In this document: one piece after another, positions 1-12,385 of the stretch | How positions within the stretch are numbered: the first letter of the stretch is position 1 | Layout of the letters: every line of letters starts with the position of its first letter | Origin: Balanoglossus misakiensis | Lineage: Eukaryota; Animalia; Hemichordata | Direction of reading: 5' to 3' | NCBI GenBank assembly: GCA_040954595.2 | Contig: CM082596.2 | Span: 2,412,999-2,476,998, forward strand | Length of the DNA stretch: 64,000 nucleotides | Notes under the pieces: generated by a model | Told to the model about the DNA's origin: nothing | Databases searched by the model: none | Seen by the model: only the letters and a program-made list of their open reading frames with translations | Position numbers and translations under genes: made by a program

Positions 1-81
1 TCATCTACTGAGTATATTCTGCAAGCACAAATCGCCAAGATGGGACAGTTGGCATCCAAGATATTGGCCGAGGAGTCTGAG
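1..81 (+). CDS. TARBP1: TARBP1 internal exon (truncated by window start)
   Basis: Open frame 1 ([27 protein letters not shown]) ending at GAG|GTGAGG, phase 0 matching next exon. Confidence 0.75.
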
Positions 82-3000
82 GTGAGGAAAGACCACAGCA
101 GTCTTTAAACAGTGCAACATGCAAGCAATCGCCTAGAGCAGACTGTACAGTAGATTAACTGCCCAGGGTATGAGAGTAAAAGACCAGTGAAAATTGTGAA
201 TGTTTATTTTGATTTGTTTTGTAGGACCTATCAATGCAGAATCAAATCAAGAAACTGGTCGCTGTCAGCTGCCTGTGGTGTTTTTGTCATTTCCACCAGA
301 AGACTGCCACCAACAGTCAGATCATTTCAGGTCCCGTCAGAGCAATCTTGACTGGCATCGATATCAAATACCGCTTCGAACGACCGGCTGGCAGTGTCGA
401 AGTCAGCAAACGAGATCTGGGGAGACTGATATCCCTGTATGAGAACAAGCGGTGGAGATGTGTACGTTTCCTGGTCGATGCCTTCAACAGTGTCTGGAAT
501 GACCGTCATGATTGTGGTGACTTGCTGACCGAGTGTGTTAGTGTTCTCAGCATCGTGTCCGGACCGGCTATTTTGTCTCTCATCAAATGTATGCAGTTGC
601 TGATACAGCAGGTTGGACAACCTTCTTCTTGACTTTTTATCCACTTTATCCAATGCAATCAAACGTGAAATTCCACTAAATTGAATTTTGCTTTTGTGCA
701 CTGTATTAGCTAGCCTTGACTACCAAAAATGTTGAATTTCAGGTTTTGCCGAAGAACCCATCCATGTGTGTTGATTGCATTGACGTCACTTGGCGGCTGG
801 TTTATGACGTCAGAACTGACTCCGGATTATTCTGGCTGGCTTATCAGACAATGATCGACACGGTATTTCAGAATTGTGTCCTCGCCATGCCACCAAACAC
901 GGATGTCAGTGACAAACTTCACAGGGTAAGACAGACAAGGATGCCTTGATTCTGCTCCCATTGGTTAATTCATCCATTTGCCAGGTGCATGTGCATGTTC
1001 ATGCAAATTTTACAAAGATGTTGAGCAGATAATCATTGATGCTTGTGATATACATTTACAATGTTTCCTCTTTGCAGATTTCCTTGGAAATTTGTGACAT
1101 TGCAGAACAGAAGCCCGGCGTCTTGTACTTCTTAATTTCAAGATACAGTCAGTATGTGATGTCTGTGTCAGAGCGTGAAGATAGCAACGTAGACACAGAT
1201 GTCAATCACATTGATCTGCTCATACAGGGATGTGTTTATGGACCGATACACAGGAAAGATGCCAGGTTTGGGAATGAAATCTTTTCTAGAATTTTTTTTT
1301 AAAATTATGTACCTGTTACAAACAAAGCTTGATATCATATCTTGTTTTTTTATCCAGGACAAGCCAAGACAGTATCACTCTACTCAAGATGAATTCTGAA
1401 GGCAAACCGGCTAGCGAAGTGGCAGACAGGTGAGGCAATTTTGTGATTGTTGACCAAAATGCAACTTTCTAACCTAACCACACATCCACTTTACCACTGT
1501 AGAATTATCAGTGCCAAACAGTAATGCCCACAAATATTTCTTTCTTCAGTATCATAAAACAAGACTGCCACGTGCGGGCTGCCATGGTGAGTACACTGGT
1601 AACCATGGTGACAAAGAACCCAAACGGGATGTCTGCATTAGCAAAACGGCTATGCCAAGATTTGTTGCAAAAGGTAGGTCTTTTGTCTTGGGTTCAGCTG
1701 CTCTTCTTGGAAGGCAAACTGAGCAGATAATCAGGAAATGTTGGGTGATGTTTTCAGAGAAGGGATTAGAAATTAGTAAGACTACCTCTCATGTCTGTTT
1801 GATCCACCAGGCCAGTGAAGTTACCAAGGCACGCAAGCATTATCTACTGAACTCCTCACAGCACAGGATCAAACAGAGAATATGGCAGACAATTCTTGTA
1901 CTTCAACCGTGCTTTGACAAGGTAACCCCTCCTCTCCTGTAATACTACCCAGTGTTCGTGTGATCGTGGCAACAGAGACACAATAATCTAATGCTTTGAC
2001 GTTGCTAGAAGTCTAAGGTAACTGACACAGTGATCTTTGCTACATTTCAATGTCATTGCCCATACTTCGTGTCTCATCATCTCTAACTGCATCACTACAG
2101 GACATGTCCGAGTTCATGCTGAAGGAAGCCATTGCTGCCCTCTCATTGGACACTCAGCTGTCAGTCAAGAACTTGGAGGAGTGGTTAATTGTGTTGATCT
2201 TACGGAAGTACCCAGAATTCCACAATGTCATATGGCAGGTTATCGAAGAGGTGGGTCTCTATGGTTACGCAGTACTTTACAGAATATTACAGGGACAAAG
2301 ACGCTCACTAAATCATCAGTTGTTACAACTCATCACACATCTTGTATCAGGCACAATGAATACTGTTACATTTTATACATACTGCATCATATTGTATTTC
2401 TTTTGCCTCCAGGATTGTGAGAAGACAGTTAATTTGATGTCATCACTGATTTCAGTACTAGCAATTCTAGGACCCATAATAGAGGACAAGAAAGATCAGG
2501 TATCATGCATAATATACATTTATACATTTCTCGTGTCTTGATGAATTCATAGTCTGATTACACTTGTTTAGTGGAGTAAAACGCAAGCCATGGACTAGTC
2601 ACACGAAAGAGGGCGCTATATCCTATTGGCTCAACTTGATTCATGGGGGCGCACTTTGTACAAACGATGAGAGTTCTCTGAGAAGCACCAATAAAATGTC
2701 CACAATGCATCCATTCATTAAATAGACTCTAAAAGGAAAATTATTGCTTCCACAGTCATATCCTTAAACTTATTACAGTGATTTCATGCAAGACATGAGT
2801 TTTGTTCCTCTTTTCCAAATAAAATGATTATTCAGGCTGATGAGTACTTCTTGTGGTGGAAATTTCAAGAGCTTGGTTTATTTACATTCACACTTGTTGT
2901 TTTTTCCAGGAAGCATTCATGCATCGAGCCTTGACCTTGACCATGACTCACACTATGGCCGGAAATTTCACGATCCGCCTGTATGCCCAGGCCGCGCTTC

Positions 3001-6000
3001 AGAAACTATGGACCGTTTGTGAGCAGAGCAAACTGACAGACTTGATGCAGACCTACCCTGGTTTTCAGAAGTGTATACAGTTCCTTTGGGATAGCAGGCA
3101 TGTTGGGAGAGACACTCTCTTTAAAATTTAGCCATTTATGCCCATTGTGGTTCCTCTACAGGACTTACAAAAATAAAGTCAGAATCAATTGAGATCCAAA
3201 CTTTATCTTGCTTGGTATTACCATTATTTTTCCTGATCCCTAGCTATTTCATCAGCTTCTTATTACACCCTATTACAGAATTAACTTCCTCTTTCTAAGT
3301 AGCGACCTCCTCTATCTCAGAGATTTCTCATGTCGTCACATACTCTTTCCGGAACTCAATATCAAGTTCATATCACCTCATTAATCTCAACATCCATATT
3401 TCCCACTTCCAGACACACAGACAGGCTGAAGGAGAGACTTCTGGGAAATTTCTTCTTGTTCAAATTTGACCCAATCAAGGACTACAGTGTAGAGGTAAGC
3501 ATAATTTCTGACCTTTGACACGGGCCAGCTTTATGATTCTTGGAATTATAAAGCTGACCGAGTATATGTACACTGTTACTTCCAACATAACAAATCGACA
3601 AGCACAGATTCCCGGGTAGATAGCGACAGTACAATTAGAAAATGTGGCTTTGGAAACATAAGTATAAGATTTGCACTAATCAAGCCTTCAGCCACCAATT
3701 CAAATGTGGCCTTGTGTGTTGCCTAGATACAGCTTAATAACAGAAACATTGGTGAGACAATTCACAGAATTTAATCTTTCCTTTGAAAGACACCTTCAAT
3801 GAATATCTTGATGAAGTTCCTTTGGAGAGGCTGTGTATACAGAAAAGGTTTCATCAAGTCATTGGTTGTGACGATGCGAAAAAGGTGAATGTATTCAATG
3901 GATCTCAGAATGCATTTTGTACCAAAGTCTAAAATAGAAGAGGTTGCCAGACATCCTTGCTGGTTCCCTCCCCCTTAAGAGGGGGGTGGGGAGTTGTCTG
4001 GAAAACCATCGGCGATCTGCTCCATGGTCACTCATTGAGGATGCACATTGTTCCTCTGTGTATTTTGATAGTGGTGTGAAAACTCCAATTACAGGCAAGC
4101 CAGGTCGTTCAACTCTTCTGAATGGGGAAATAGTTGATAAGCCTCATCTCAAGAGTAATGAGATTAATGGGTCAAGTGTTCCGGAAAAATTCCTGTTTGT
4201 CACGTCGCGTTTGAATTGTCATTGAGATTTTCTTTGAAAGCAACAAATCAATAAGCGAGGGGAGGGAGCAGTATAGACTTGAACCCTGGTCGCCATTGTG
4301 TGTATTTCGTGACCTTGTTTGTACCCAGGTTGAATGAAACACATGCCATCAAAAAGACTGTTGCTGTATTGGACTTCATAAAAGTAAGGGCTCATTAACC
4401 TTTCAGAGTAGTGAATTCTTACTTCCGATCTTTGCTTGTCTCTTTTCACTGAAGGAAGGTAACTATTAAAGTAGTACCTTCTGGTGAATGACTCACAAGG
4501 GACCCAGCTCACACACACAAAAACACAAACAAAAACATTGTCACATGTACTTCTTTGAAAACGGGATGCTCAAAGATCTTTGGTACATGTTTGCTGAAAT
4601 TGATGTAATGGGAACAGTTTTTGTGTTCTCTGCCAAAAATCTAAAGGAATGTTGCTCTTAGAATGAAATATCTGTTGCTACAGAGAATGAAAAAAACAGC
4701 TTTTAATGGTGCGCTTCCAAGGTTGCTACACCACTCTGCTGATGGGGTGATCAGTGGTTTGTGTCAGTTGCTGCCGGTAGAAAAACATTCCCTTAAAGTT
4801 TGCACAAATAAACAAAAATACAGAGAAAGAGGCACTTTGGTACCCCTCTAACTGTAATGGAGTGATCAAATGCTTTAATTATCCTTCATTTGTGAGACAG
4901 TCAGTAAACATTACCCACAAAGGACTTTCCATCAGTCCTGATCTCTCTTGAAAGAACACAAAACAAAAAAATGTGTAGGCTTTTGTTGGATTTACAAGGA
5001 ATTTATTTACTGAGATATTTGATGCTGGTTTCTTGGGCGAGTGCATTGCCCCACTGATCGCGTGTAAGGTTATGTCAACATTGTCAAACGAGAGAGACAT
5101 TTTCCACATGTGGATGCAAAGTTGGGAAGCGATGGTACCCGATAGGAGGGTATCTTCTTGGCAGACTGATAGAGTGTTTGGATTTTGCCAAGACGAGAGA
5201 CATCTTCTCCACTTTGAGTGATGCTAACTGTTGTGTCGTCGTGACAACCCAGTAAACAAACTGCCAGTTGCCCAGTCTGGTTGTGTAGACTAGATAGGCA
5301 AAATTTACAGTTGAAAATAAACCATCCGGCCTAGCAGATGGGCAGAAGTTTGGATGTCTGGGCGGGTTGGCAGTTGATGTGTTGCAGTTGTGTGTTTTTG
5401 ATGACCAGGAGAAAGCTGGGTTCACGTTTGAGAGTTTATGTTGTCCCTATGTAGGTGTAGGTTTATAACGAACATGGACTGTTGTTGAACCTTGTGGCAT
5501 ATCCACCATTTTGTGTGTGAGGGTCTGCAATGCCACGCTATCTCTTGTGGCTTCATTGTTTCAGAATATGATGGCTAATAGGATTGACAGCATTCATAGT
5601 GGTTTTTGTAAGCCTACTTAGAATGGATTCTGAGATGGTCATTGATGGCGTCTGTCTTTGTTTGCATAAAAAAGTTTGAATCTATTTAAAAATTCAAATC
5701 AGTTCTCTAATCAAAATTGGCATTTTTGTTGAATTTTGAAGCAGTGCGAAGTCTGCTTAAGCAAAATGTACAGGTGGTGGTGTTGATGTGAACACATGTA
5801 AGGTTTTGACTTTCTTTGAAATCTTTTCTGGGAGGAAGACTAACACTATTGAAAGGTTGCATTGTTTTCTCTTAATTGCCGTCAATGTGATTTGCAAAGT
5901 GCCTGGCTTGAAAAATTTGCAACTGAACACGGCCCAAATTATGTGATTAGCTTGAGGTTTTCGCATTCAGACTTGAAAATTGGCATTGAAAGCTTCTATG

Positions 6001-9000
6001 TCATCCACAAGGATGGACGTAAGAGTCTTTCAAATTGGTCATCTGCGTTCAATGAAATGGAATTTTTCGAGCGATAGCGGACAATCTGTAGACAATACAG
6101 TTACAACTTCAAAAACCGAATTATCTCCTGTTGAAAGTAACGCAAAGCTGCGGTCGATTAACTGCCCTGTCAGCTGCACAGACTCTGACTTTAATCTCAG
6201 ATTTAGCCAAACAGGTGCAGATGATGTAAACATAATTCGTGGGCATTTTGTTGACTAATTGAAGATAAAAAGGATTGATCCCAATGAATGCTGGAACTTG
6301 TACATTTTTAACTAAAATGATATTTTGCTTTTATATCTTCACTGGATGTGAACCATCTCTTGGCTTTCCTGAGTCCTATCTGCCAGAAAGACGTACAATT
6401 TTGAAGGATTTTCAAACAAAAGGCAGCAAAACATCTACTCATCTCACAAACTGTTTTTGAATTTTGTTGTTGTGTTCACTTTATCCACAAAAAAGGGGGC
6501 CTTTTTGCAGGGGCTGCACTCTGTGCTCCCAAAATCAACATTCACAGTGATTTACACAGTGACCGGGGCAAAAGGTTTCAGTTGACGTCAAAAACATCAC
6601 CAATGACACTCCTCAGATCCCATGACTGTGTCAACATCAGGTGTTTTCTTTCAGGTCCGTCCTTGAGGCTGTTGATTGTCTGACAACTCAAGGGGACGCC
6701 AATTTTTTGGGCCGCATTCAGAGCCAACAGGGCATGGCTTTTTTTTTCATATCGTGGGGCTTGTTAGCCTAGAGGGGATCTAAGATTCTGACCGACTATT
6801 CTTACCTTGGATCAGGGGGGAGTGCGTGCGTACACAGAGAACATTAATCAGCTGGCCATGAGAAGATTCGCTTTTATGTCTGCTCGCCGACGAAAGAAAG
6901 TAGGGAAGAAAGAAAAACACAACACAAACACGCCAGAGTGAATCTCGGTTGTTCAGAACAAGTGCTGCGCATCTGTTCTCTGTTTGGGTCGAGTTCACCC
7001 GCGGTTCAGTCGCAGTTAATGCACCATTTCCAGTGTGGGAAAACAGCTCTTTATGACTGGTTTTGTTTGTGATATTCTGGCCAATATTTTGGTATAAACA
7101 TCACTAAAACCACCGAAAACAGACACTGAAGTGTAAAATACACAAGCTTTGTTATGACTGCTTAACAGTATCTCACATTTCCATTCACCAAAGGCAAATC
7201 TTCAAAAATAATAAATCTATCCCCGTAGTAAAATTGCCTAGTATTTTGATGATTTATCCATGGTTTCAACAAATAACATATTCTGGTTCTCTTTCCAAAT
7301 CCTTCATGAGTATCGGCTCCATACTGAACCTGTGTGGCATCATTTACTGTGACTGTTCTCTACAGGTCAAAATTCAGAGTTCACAAAAAGAGAGGATTCA
7401 TCCAGGAAAACATTTTTTATCATGTGAAAACGGAAAGAGGAAAAACAGCTGTCTGACACACGTCAACACCCACTATCAACAAATGTTTAGCCAGAAAACA
7501 GAAATGGCCTTCTCTGTGTATTGAGCCAAGACTAATCAGATAAATTTAAGTATCAATTATGTGATAAAAGAAATTGGGGTGTACATATTTTCGCCTTCCC
7601 GTTTTATCTTTTAAAATTACAAAGGAGCTAATCACTTGTTCAATGCCTTCCCTGGACATGATGACATTTATATTGCTTTATAATGGCTTACTGTTCAAAC
7701 TATACCAGTGCGGAACCTTGGATAAAGGAATCTTTTTGGCCACCTCAATAGAATCGACCTGTTATCTTAATGACAGATCTGTGCATAAATTTTGTGGAAC
7801 AGGCAATTATGAGCACAATAAATTTATTTTTAGATAAGGTAAATCTGTTTTCAATCGACAATTTCCAATGTAATCCGTGTGGCAAACTGACTTCTGATAT
7901 TGTTTAATATGCATAAGATGAAGGCCTTTTCATTTTATGGACTTTCTAAGTCTCCATAGCAACCATTGCATCTAACCCTGGATGTCTGATCAACCATGGA
8001 TTTGACAAACAGACGAGAACTGCGGCACATAGCAACCATTTTATGATAATTTGACCAGCCTAGGTGGAGGTCTGTGGTTTTATCTGGTAGTCCTTGAACA
8101 AGGATGTCGGTTAGGGCAGCATTTGGTGCGTGTCTCAGACTGTGACGACCAGGATGTTGTTCCACTCAAGGTTTTGTCTACAGTTGAACACTCTCAATAT
8201 TTTCCTTTCTTTTAATGACTGCATCATTATGCTTGATAAACTCTGACACGACTTTTTTCAAGCATGCAGAAAAAAGAAATATTTGTTATATATTAGAAGT
8301 TATTGATAGTCACGTGATAGTCTGCGTCTGTTGACTGAGTCTTGACAAAACAACAGATTTGGACCAAACCTTGGTGATGAATGGGTTAATCAATACATCC
8401 CAAACACATCTTGCACCATCCTGACATTCCGGCTTAGAAAAGACTGGAATATCCACTGTGGAAAGTTCCCTCAATTGCTCTGTCCTGCGGGACGTTGGGT
8501 AGCAACAGAGAAGCGCTTTGGCCAATTGATGTTCCAGTCCAGTCAAGATACAAAAATTTCAGTCAAAATGTGTCATTTTTCTGAAGAATATGATTTCACA
8601 CTCTTAAAAAATATACACTGCAGATATATGGCCTACAGACTACACGGCATCATGAACGTTTTCAACGTGAAGAAAAATTCTATTTGACACGTTTAATTTC
8701 AATTCAAATGGCGTCAGCTCTTATCAAAGTGTGATAATTTCTGTCGCTGCTGAAATTCGCAGACTTAAAATGATACTACCGGTTGTCTGCCCATAGTTCA
8801 GAATATCTTACACGTTGTCAAGGTTGATTTCTTGGCGAGACATCTATAATTGCTACACCAAGACTTATCAGTAATTAGATAATTTCTATCGCGGCAGACC
8901 GAAATGATAGTCTCTATATGTGCTCACGTTTCAGACTATCTTCCATACCCTCCCATTCCTGTGCAGTGTCATCGAAGAGGAGCTGATTAAAACTCAAGTT

Positions 9001-12000
9001 TTCCAGGAAGAAGAGTTGAAGTCTGGGTCATCCCATGGAGATTGGGCCATTCCATTATTCAATGGGAGGGATGATTTGAAAACATGTGAGCCTGGAACCT
9101 GGAAAGTTCGGGGACCCAGTATGTGAAGTCCTTATTATTTTCATCATTAAAGTACATTAATAATAAATCATATGTAATAAATCATATGTAAATATTCTTT
9201 TTGACAGTGACGTATTCTCCCTCAACCAATGACGATGCAGAAGCGAATGTCAATGCAGGCGATGTGCAGAAAAAGATCACACCGTGGACAGAGACTCTGC
9301 TCAGTCAAGATACCGATGCTGTTGGTAGTCACGGCAACAGGAGAGAAGGCAAATTGGTTCTGGTGACATCACTCATTGACAAACTCCCAAATCTTGGAGG
9401 TATTAATAAACATCAACAATGTTTGAATCAACAGAATTAATACTTGGTTTGATTTAGTGTCACCAAATAAAACAACCGGATAAAAACAATGTCAACTTTT
9501 GTTTTGTTCATATCGTAGGACTTTGCCGGACAAGTGAGATCTTTGGAGTGGGAACTCTGGTTCTTGGGAATCTGCGGTACACAGAAAGTCAAGAATTTCA
9601 GAGTTTGAGTGTCACTGCTGAAAAATGGTTAACACTACAAGAGGTGAGGTTTCATCGTAGTTGGTTATGATGGAGACAAAAACTGGGCAAGGGTTGTTCA
9701 CCCTTATGAAATTGATTTTGATAAACTTCAATGTGATTTTGTGCAGAAATTTCCATGTATATACTTTTGAGTTTCAGGTCAAGCCATCATCTCTCAGAGG
9801 ATATCTCATGAACATGAGGAAACAGGGCTACTCTCTGGTTGGAGTTGAACAGACCGCAAACAGTAAAAGTCTCACACAGTATGAATTCCCGGAAAAGACC
9901 CTTCTCCTGTTGGGGTGAGTTATTCCCACTGTGTGGTCATTCATGTCTTACACTCCATGAAATGAACAATCACATTTCCCCACCAAAATGTGAATGTTCT
10001 TGAAACATGACAGACACTGAAGTTTTTACAAATGTCTATACACAGGAATCAATATTTTTCTACAAAGTTGGGGGAGGGGGATTTACCTGTTAATGATTAT
10101 CCAGGATAAGCATTAACAGTGATTGTTTGAACTCAATGCACTTCTATGGCTGCACAGTCATTGTAATGACAACTCTGAGTGTAAATGTGTGAATGTATCA
10201 TGTTGATTGGGGGTGAGTCCATGCTGAGGGGAGGAAGATTTAAATGATAGCTATTAACAGTAAATTGACAGTGTTCTCCATGATGGCCACTTCTCACTTT
10301 ATGCCAATAAAAAGTTCACACAACAAGTGACAAGTGGGTGCATTCTTATCCAAATGTCATTTTCACCTCGTTGGCCGAATCGAACAATATCAACAACAAC
10401 AGAGCGCAAAATTTATTCCTTGCTGCAAATATCCTGGCAGTTTAATGGTAATTTTTATGACTCTGGATTTTACAAAGGTATTGTGGCTTCACTCTGATTT
10501 CCTATTGTTTATGGCAGTTATTGTTTCTGTTCAGTAGAGAATTAAATTTTATTGAGGGTCAAATTTTACCCAAACATGCACTTCCTAAAAAACTCTCTAC
10601 TGTCGCTTCCATAACAGTTATGTTAAATTTTCTCAGAAAATTTTAGTTGGATAATTTTCCACCTATTATTGATGAATATGTTTACCCATATTTTCAGATT
10701 GGCTGTCCCACCTTGATTTTTTTTCTGCACAAACACTGAAGATTTCATGTGGTGACTTGATGTTGATGCTGCAAAAAACATGTTTAAATTTTTTATCAGA
10801 ATCACCAACTATAGTCATGGTCCCTGCATCCATGGTGAATTGGCTTTGTCACATTTATGAGTGCTAATGATTTAGGTGATAATGAGAAACCATGCTGAAG
10901 CCATGTGCCATTGTCAGATTTGGCCAGTAAAAAAGTTCTGGTACTGTTGACACCTTTACAGACTCTGAGGCAGGGGGTGGGGTGGGAGGGTTTTCCCCAA
11001 GTGTAAATGGTGGACCCCATTAACTCTGAGAACACCTTTGGAATGATTCAAGTCTGTCAAATTTTCACAAGTTATTTTGGTTCTGATGCATGTGTGAATC
11101 ATGGTGTCTCTACAGGGGAGAAACTGCATTGAAACCCCCAAAACGTTTTTCCCTCTTCAAACTATGACCATGGTATTATCACGTCCTTATCTCAGTATAT
11201 TTGCCCAATGACCTTGCTTGGCGGAAATACAGTATCCACTTTTTTAATGTTCTTTTTTATTTGGTGCAAATGAACCACAGCCAGTTATAAAATTTTAGAT
11301 ACTCAGAAAAATAGTGTTTAAAGGTTCTTGATTTCATCTCCCAACGAAACTGACCACAAAGATTGGAACAAACAAAGTCACCCCTTATGTATTGGTCATT
11401 CTGGTAGAAACAAGAATTTTAATCTGTATGGCCCACATTAGCATATTTATTGGCCCCAAGTGAGTGGAAACTACCATGTTAATGTCTGCACATTAAATTT
11501 TATGACCACCAGTAAACAATAGTTTAGGGGAATAATACCAGAGAATGTTTTTCATGCAAAGTCTAGGTCATTTGGGAGTTTCTGAATGGAAAATGATAAA
11601 AAAAAAAAACACCATCCAGTTCTTTATCATGGGCTCTTTCTTTTAGAAAATAGGCTGATTCTTATTATTTCATGCTAATTATCCATCTTTATGGTGATTC
11701 CCAAGTGCTTTGATGGAATTCGGAGTTAGCTTTAAAACTCTAAAAGTGCTTAAAAAACAGTCACACGACATTGGATCTTTGATTTTATGGGTCTATGTAC
11801 ACAAGGTCTGCTCTTGTCTTTATCTGAAATCAATATTTATTCTGCCTTTGTTGTTTATGCCTGACATGGTAATCTTTATTTTCGTCAAGTATTTAAAGTT
11901 ATAATAAACTGAAATAAACAACACTAGCTTGATATAAACATCCTTGTTGGTTGGCAATAAACGTCACTGGTCACTCAATATCATCCAAACTATTACTACC

Positions 12001-12242
12001 CTATAGTCAATTCGACTCTTTTTATCAATATATGATCCACCAAGATGATTTTATGTTTAAGTATTTTCATTTCTTCACCTGACAGAAACGAGAAAGAAGG
12101 AATCCCAGTGGAGTTGATCCAACTTCTGGATGTGTGTGTGGAGATCCCACAGCTTGGAGTCATACGATCCCTCAACGTTCATGTCAGCGGTGCTTTGCTA
12201 ATATGGGAGTATACCAGACAGCAGCTTTTGAGGGAGACTTGA
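1..12242 (+). CDS. TARBP1: TARBP1 / Trm3-like tRNA (guanosine-18-2'-O)-methyltransferase, 3' portion (5' end outside window); join(<1..81,225..611,743..925,1078..1265,1358..1429,1550..1673,1811..1921,2101..2250,2413..2499,2910..3097,3413..3494,8935..9118,9208..9399,9519..9643,9778..9914,12086..12242), about 815 aa in window
   Basis: Spliced exons join in frame with matching phases. C-terminal SpoU/SPOUT motifs: [66 protein letters not shown]1-specific upstream motifs: [61 protein letters not shown]. Confidence 0.95.
225..611 (+). CDS. TARBP1: TARBP1 internal exon
   Basis: ttttgtag acceptor; frame of ORF 234..632 (contains RWRCVRFL); CAG|GTTGGA donor, phase 0. Confidence 0.8.
743..925 (+). 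CDS. TARBP1: TARBP1 internal exon
   Basis: tttcag acceptor, VLPKNPS...DKLHR, AGG|GTAAGA donor. Confidence 0.85.
1078..1265 (+). CDS. TARBP1: TARBP1 internal exon
   Basis: tttgcag acceptor, [15 protein letters not shown]...[15 protein letters not shown]|GTTTGG donor phase 2. Confidence 0.85.
1358..1429 (+). CDS. TARBP1: TARBP1 internal exon
   Basis: ttttatccag acceptor, 72 nt, AG|GTGAGG donor; phase 2/2 bridges flanking exons. Confidence 0.8.
1550..1673 (+). CDS. TARBP1: TARBP1 internal exon
   Basis: ttcttcag acceptor, [14 protein letters not shown]...DLLQK, AAG|GTAGGT donor. Confidence 0.85.
1811..1921 (+). CDS. TARBP1: TARBP1 internal exon
   Basis: ccaccag acceptor, [18 protein letters not shown] motif, AAG|GTAACC donor. 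Confidence 0.9.
2101..2250 (+). CDS. TARBP1: TARBP1 internal exon
   Basis: ctacag acceptor, [26 protein letters not shown]|GTGGGT donor. Confidence 0.88.
2413..2499 (+). CDS. TARBP1: TARBP1 internal exon
   Basis: ttttgcctccag acceptor, [23 protein letters not shown]|GTATCA donor. Confidence 0.82.
2910..3097 (+). CDS. TARBP1: TARBP1 internal exon (probable GC donor)
   Basis: tttttccag acceptor, [19 protein letters not shown]; best phase-2 donor is AG|GCATGT at 3098. Confidence 0.8.
3413..3494 (+). CDS. TARBP1: TARBP1 internal exon
   Basis: cacttccag acceptor, [19 protein letters not shown]|GTAAGC donor. Confidence 0.9.
8935..9118 (+). CDS. TARBP1: TARBP1 internal exon
   Basis: gtttcag acceptor; [16 protein letters not shown] continues the DYSVE motif across a 5.4 kb intron; A|GTATGT donor. 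Confidence 0.9.
9208..9399 (+). CDS. TARBP1: TARBP1 exon, start of SpoU domain
   Basis: DVQKKITPW and [15 protein letters not shown]; ttgacag acceptor, G|GTATTA donor. Confidence 0.93.
9519..9643 (+). CDS. TARBP1: TARBP1 SpoU-domain exon (missing from the ORF track)
   Basis: tcgtag acceptor; [42 protein letters not shown]; GAG|GTGAGG donor. Confidence 0.93.
9778..9914 (+). CDS. TARBP1: TARBP1 SpoU-domain exon
   Basis: [10 protein letters not shown]...[26 protein letters not shown]; GG|GTGAGT donor. Confidence 0.95.
12086..12242 (+). CDS. TARBP1: TARBP1 terminal coding exon
   Basis: cctgacag acceptor; [46 protein letters not shown]; TGA at 12240-12242. Confidence 0.95.
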
Positions 12243-12379
12243 GTTTTTGAAATAGCGTCAAGGACACTGTGCTCCCATTCTTATGGTTGATTTTTGCCAT
12301 GTTTGAAGCCTCTGGAGCTGCCAGATGGCGCATTTTTTACAAACAATAACATGCTTCAATCTTCTCCTTAATCCTTTAC

Positions 12380-12385
12380 AATAAA
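12380..12385 (+). terminator. Candidate polyadenylation signal of TARBP1 (second AATAAA at 12449-12454)
   Basis: AATAAA about 140 nt after the stop codon. Confidence 0.55.

Noticed and set aside
327-701. Minus-strand ORF over TARBP1 exon (likewise 17325..17678 over ZFP36 and 62059..62497 over the EF-hand gene)
   Set aside because: Antisense shadows of real coding exons
4230-4620. Minus-strand fragments 'IFEHPVFK' and 'LLICCF' suggesting an ATRX-like ADD finger
   Set aside because: Required Cys spacing is absent and the fragments are far apart; not supportable
9161-9191. 14-bp tandem duplication TAATAAATCATATG in a TARBP1 intron
   Set aside because: Ordinary slippage duplication with no sign of function
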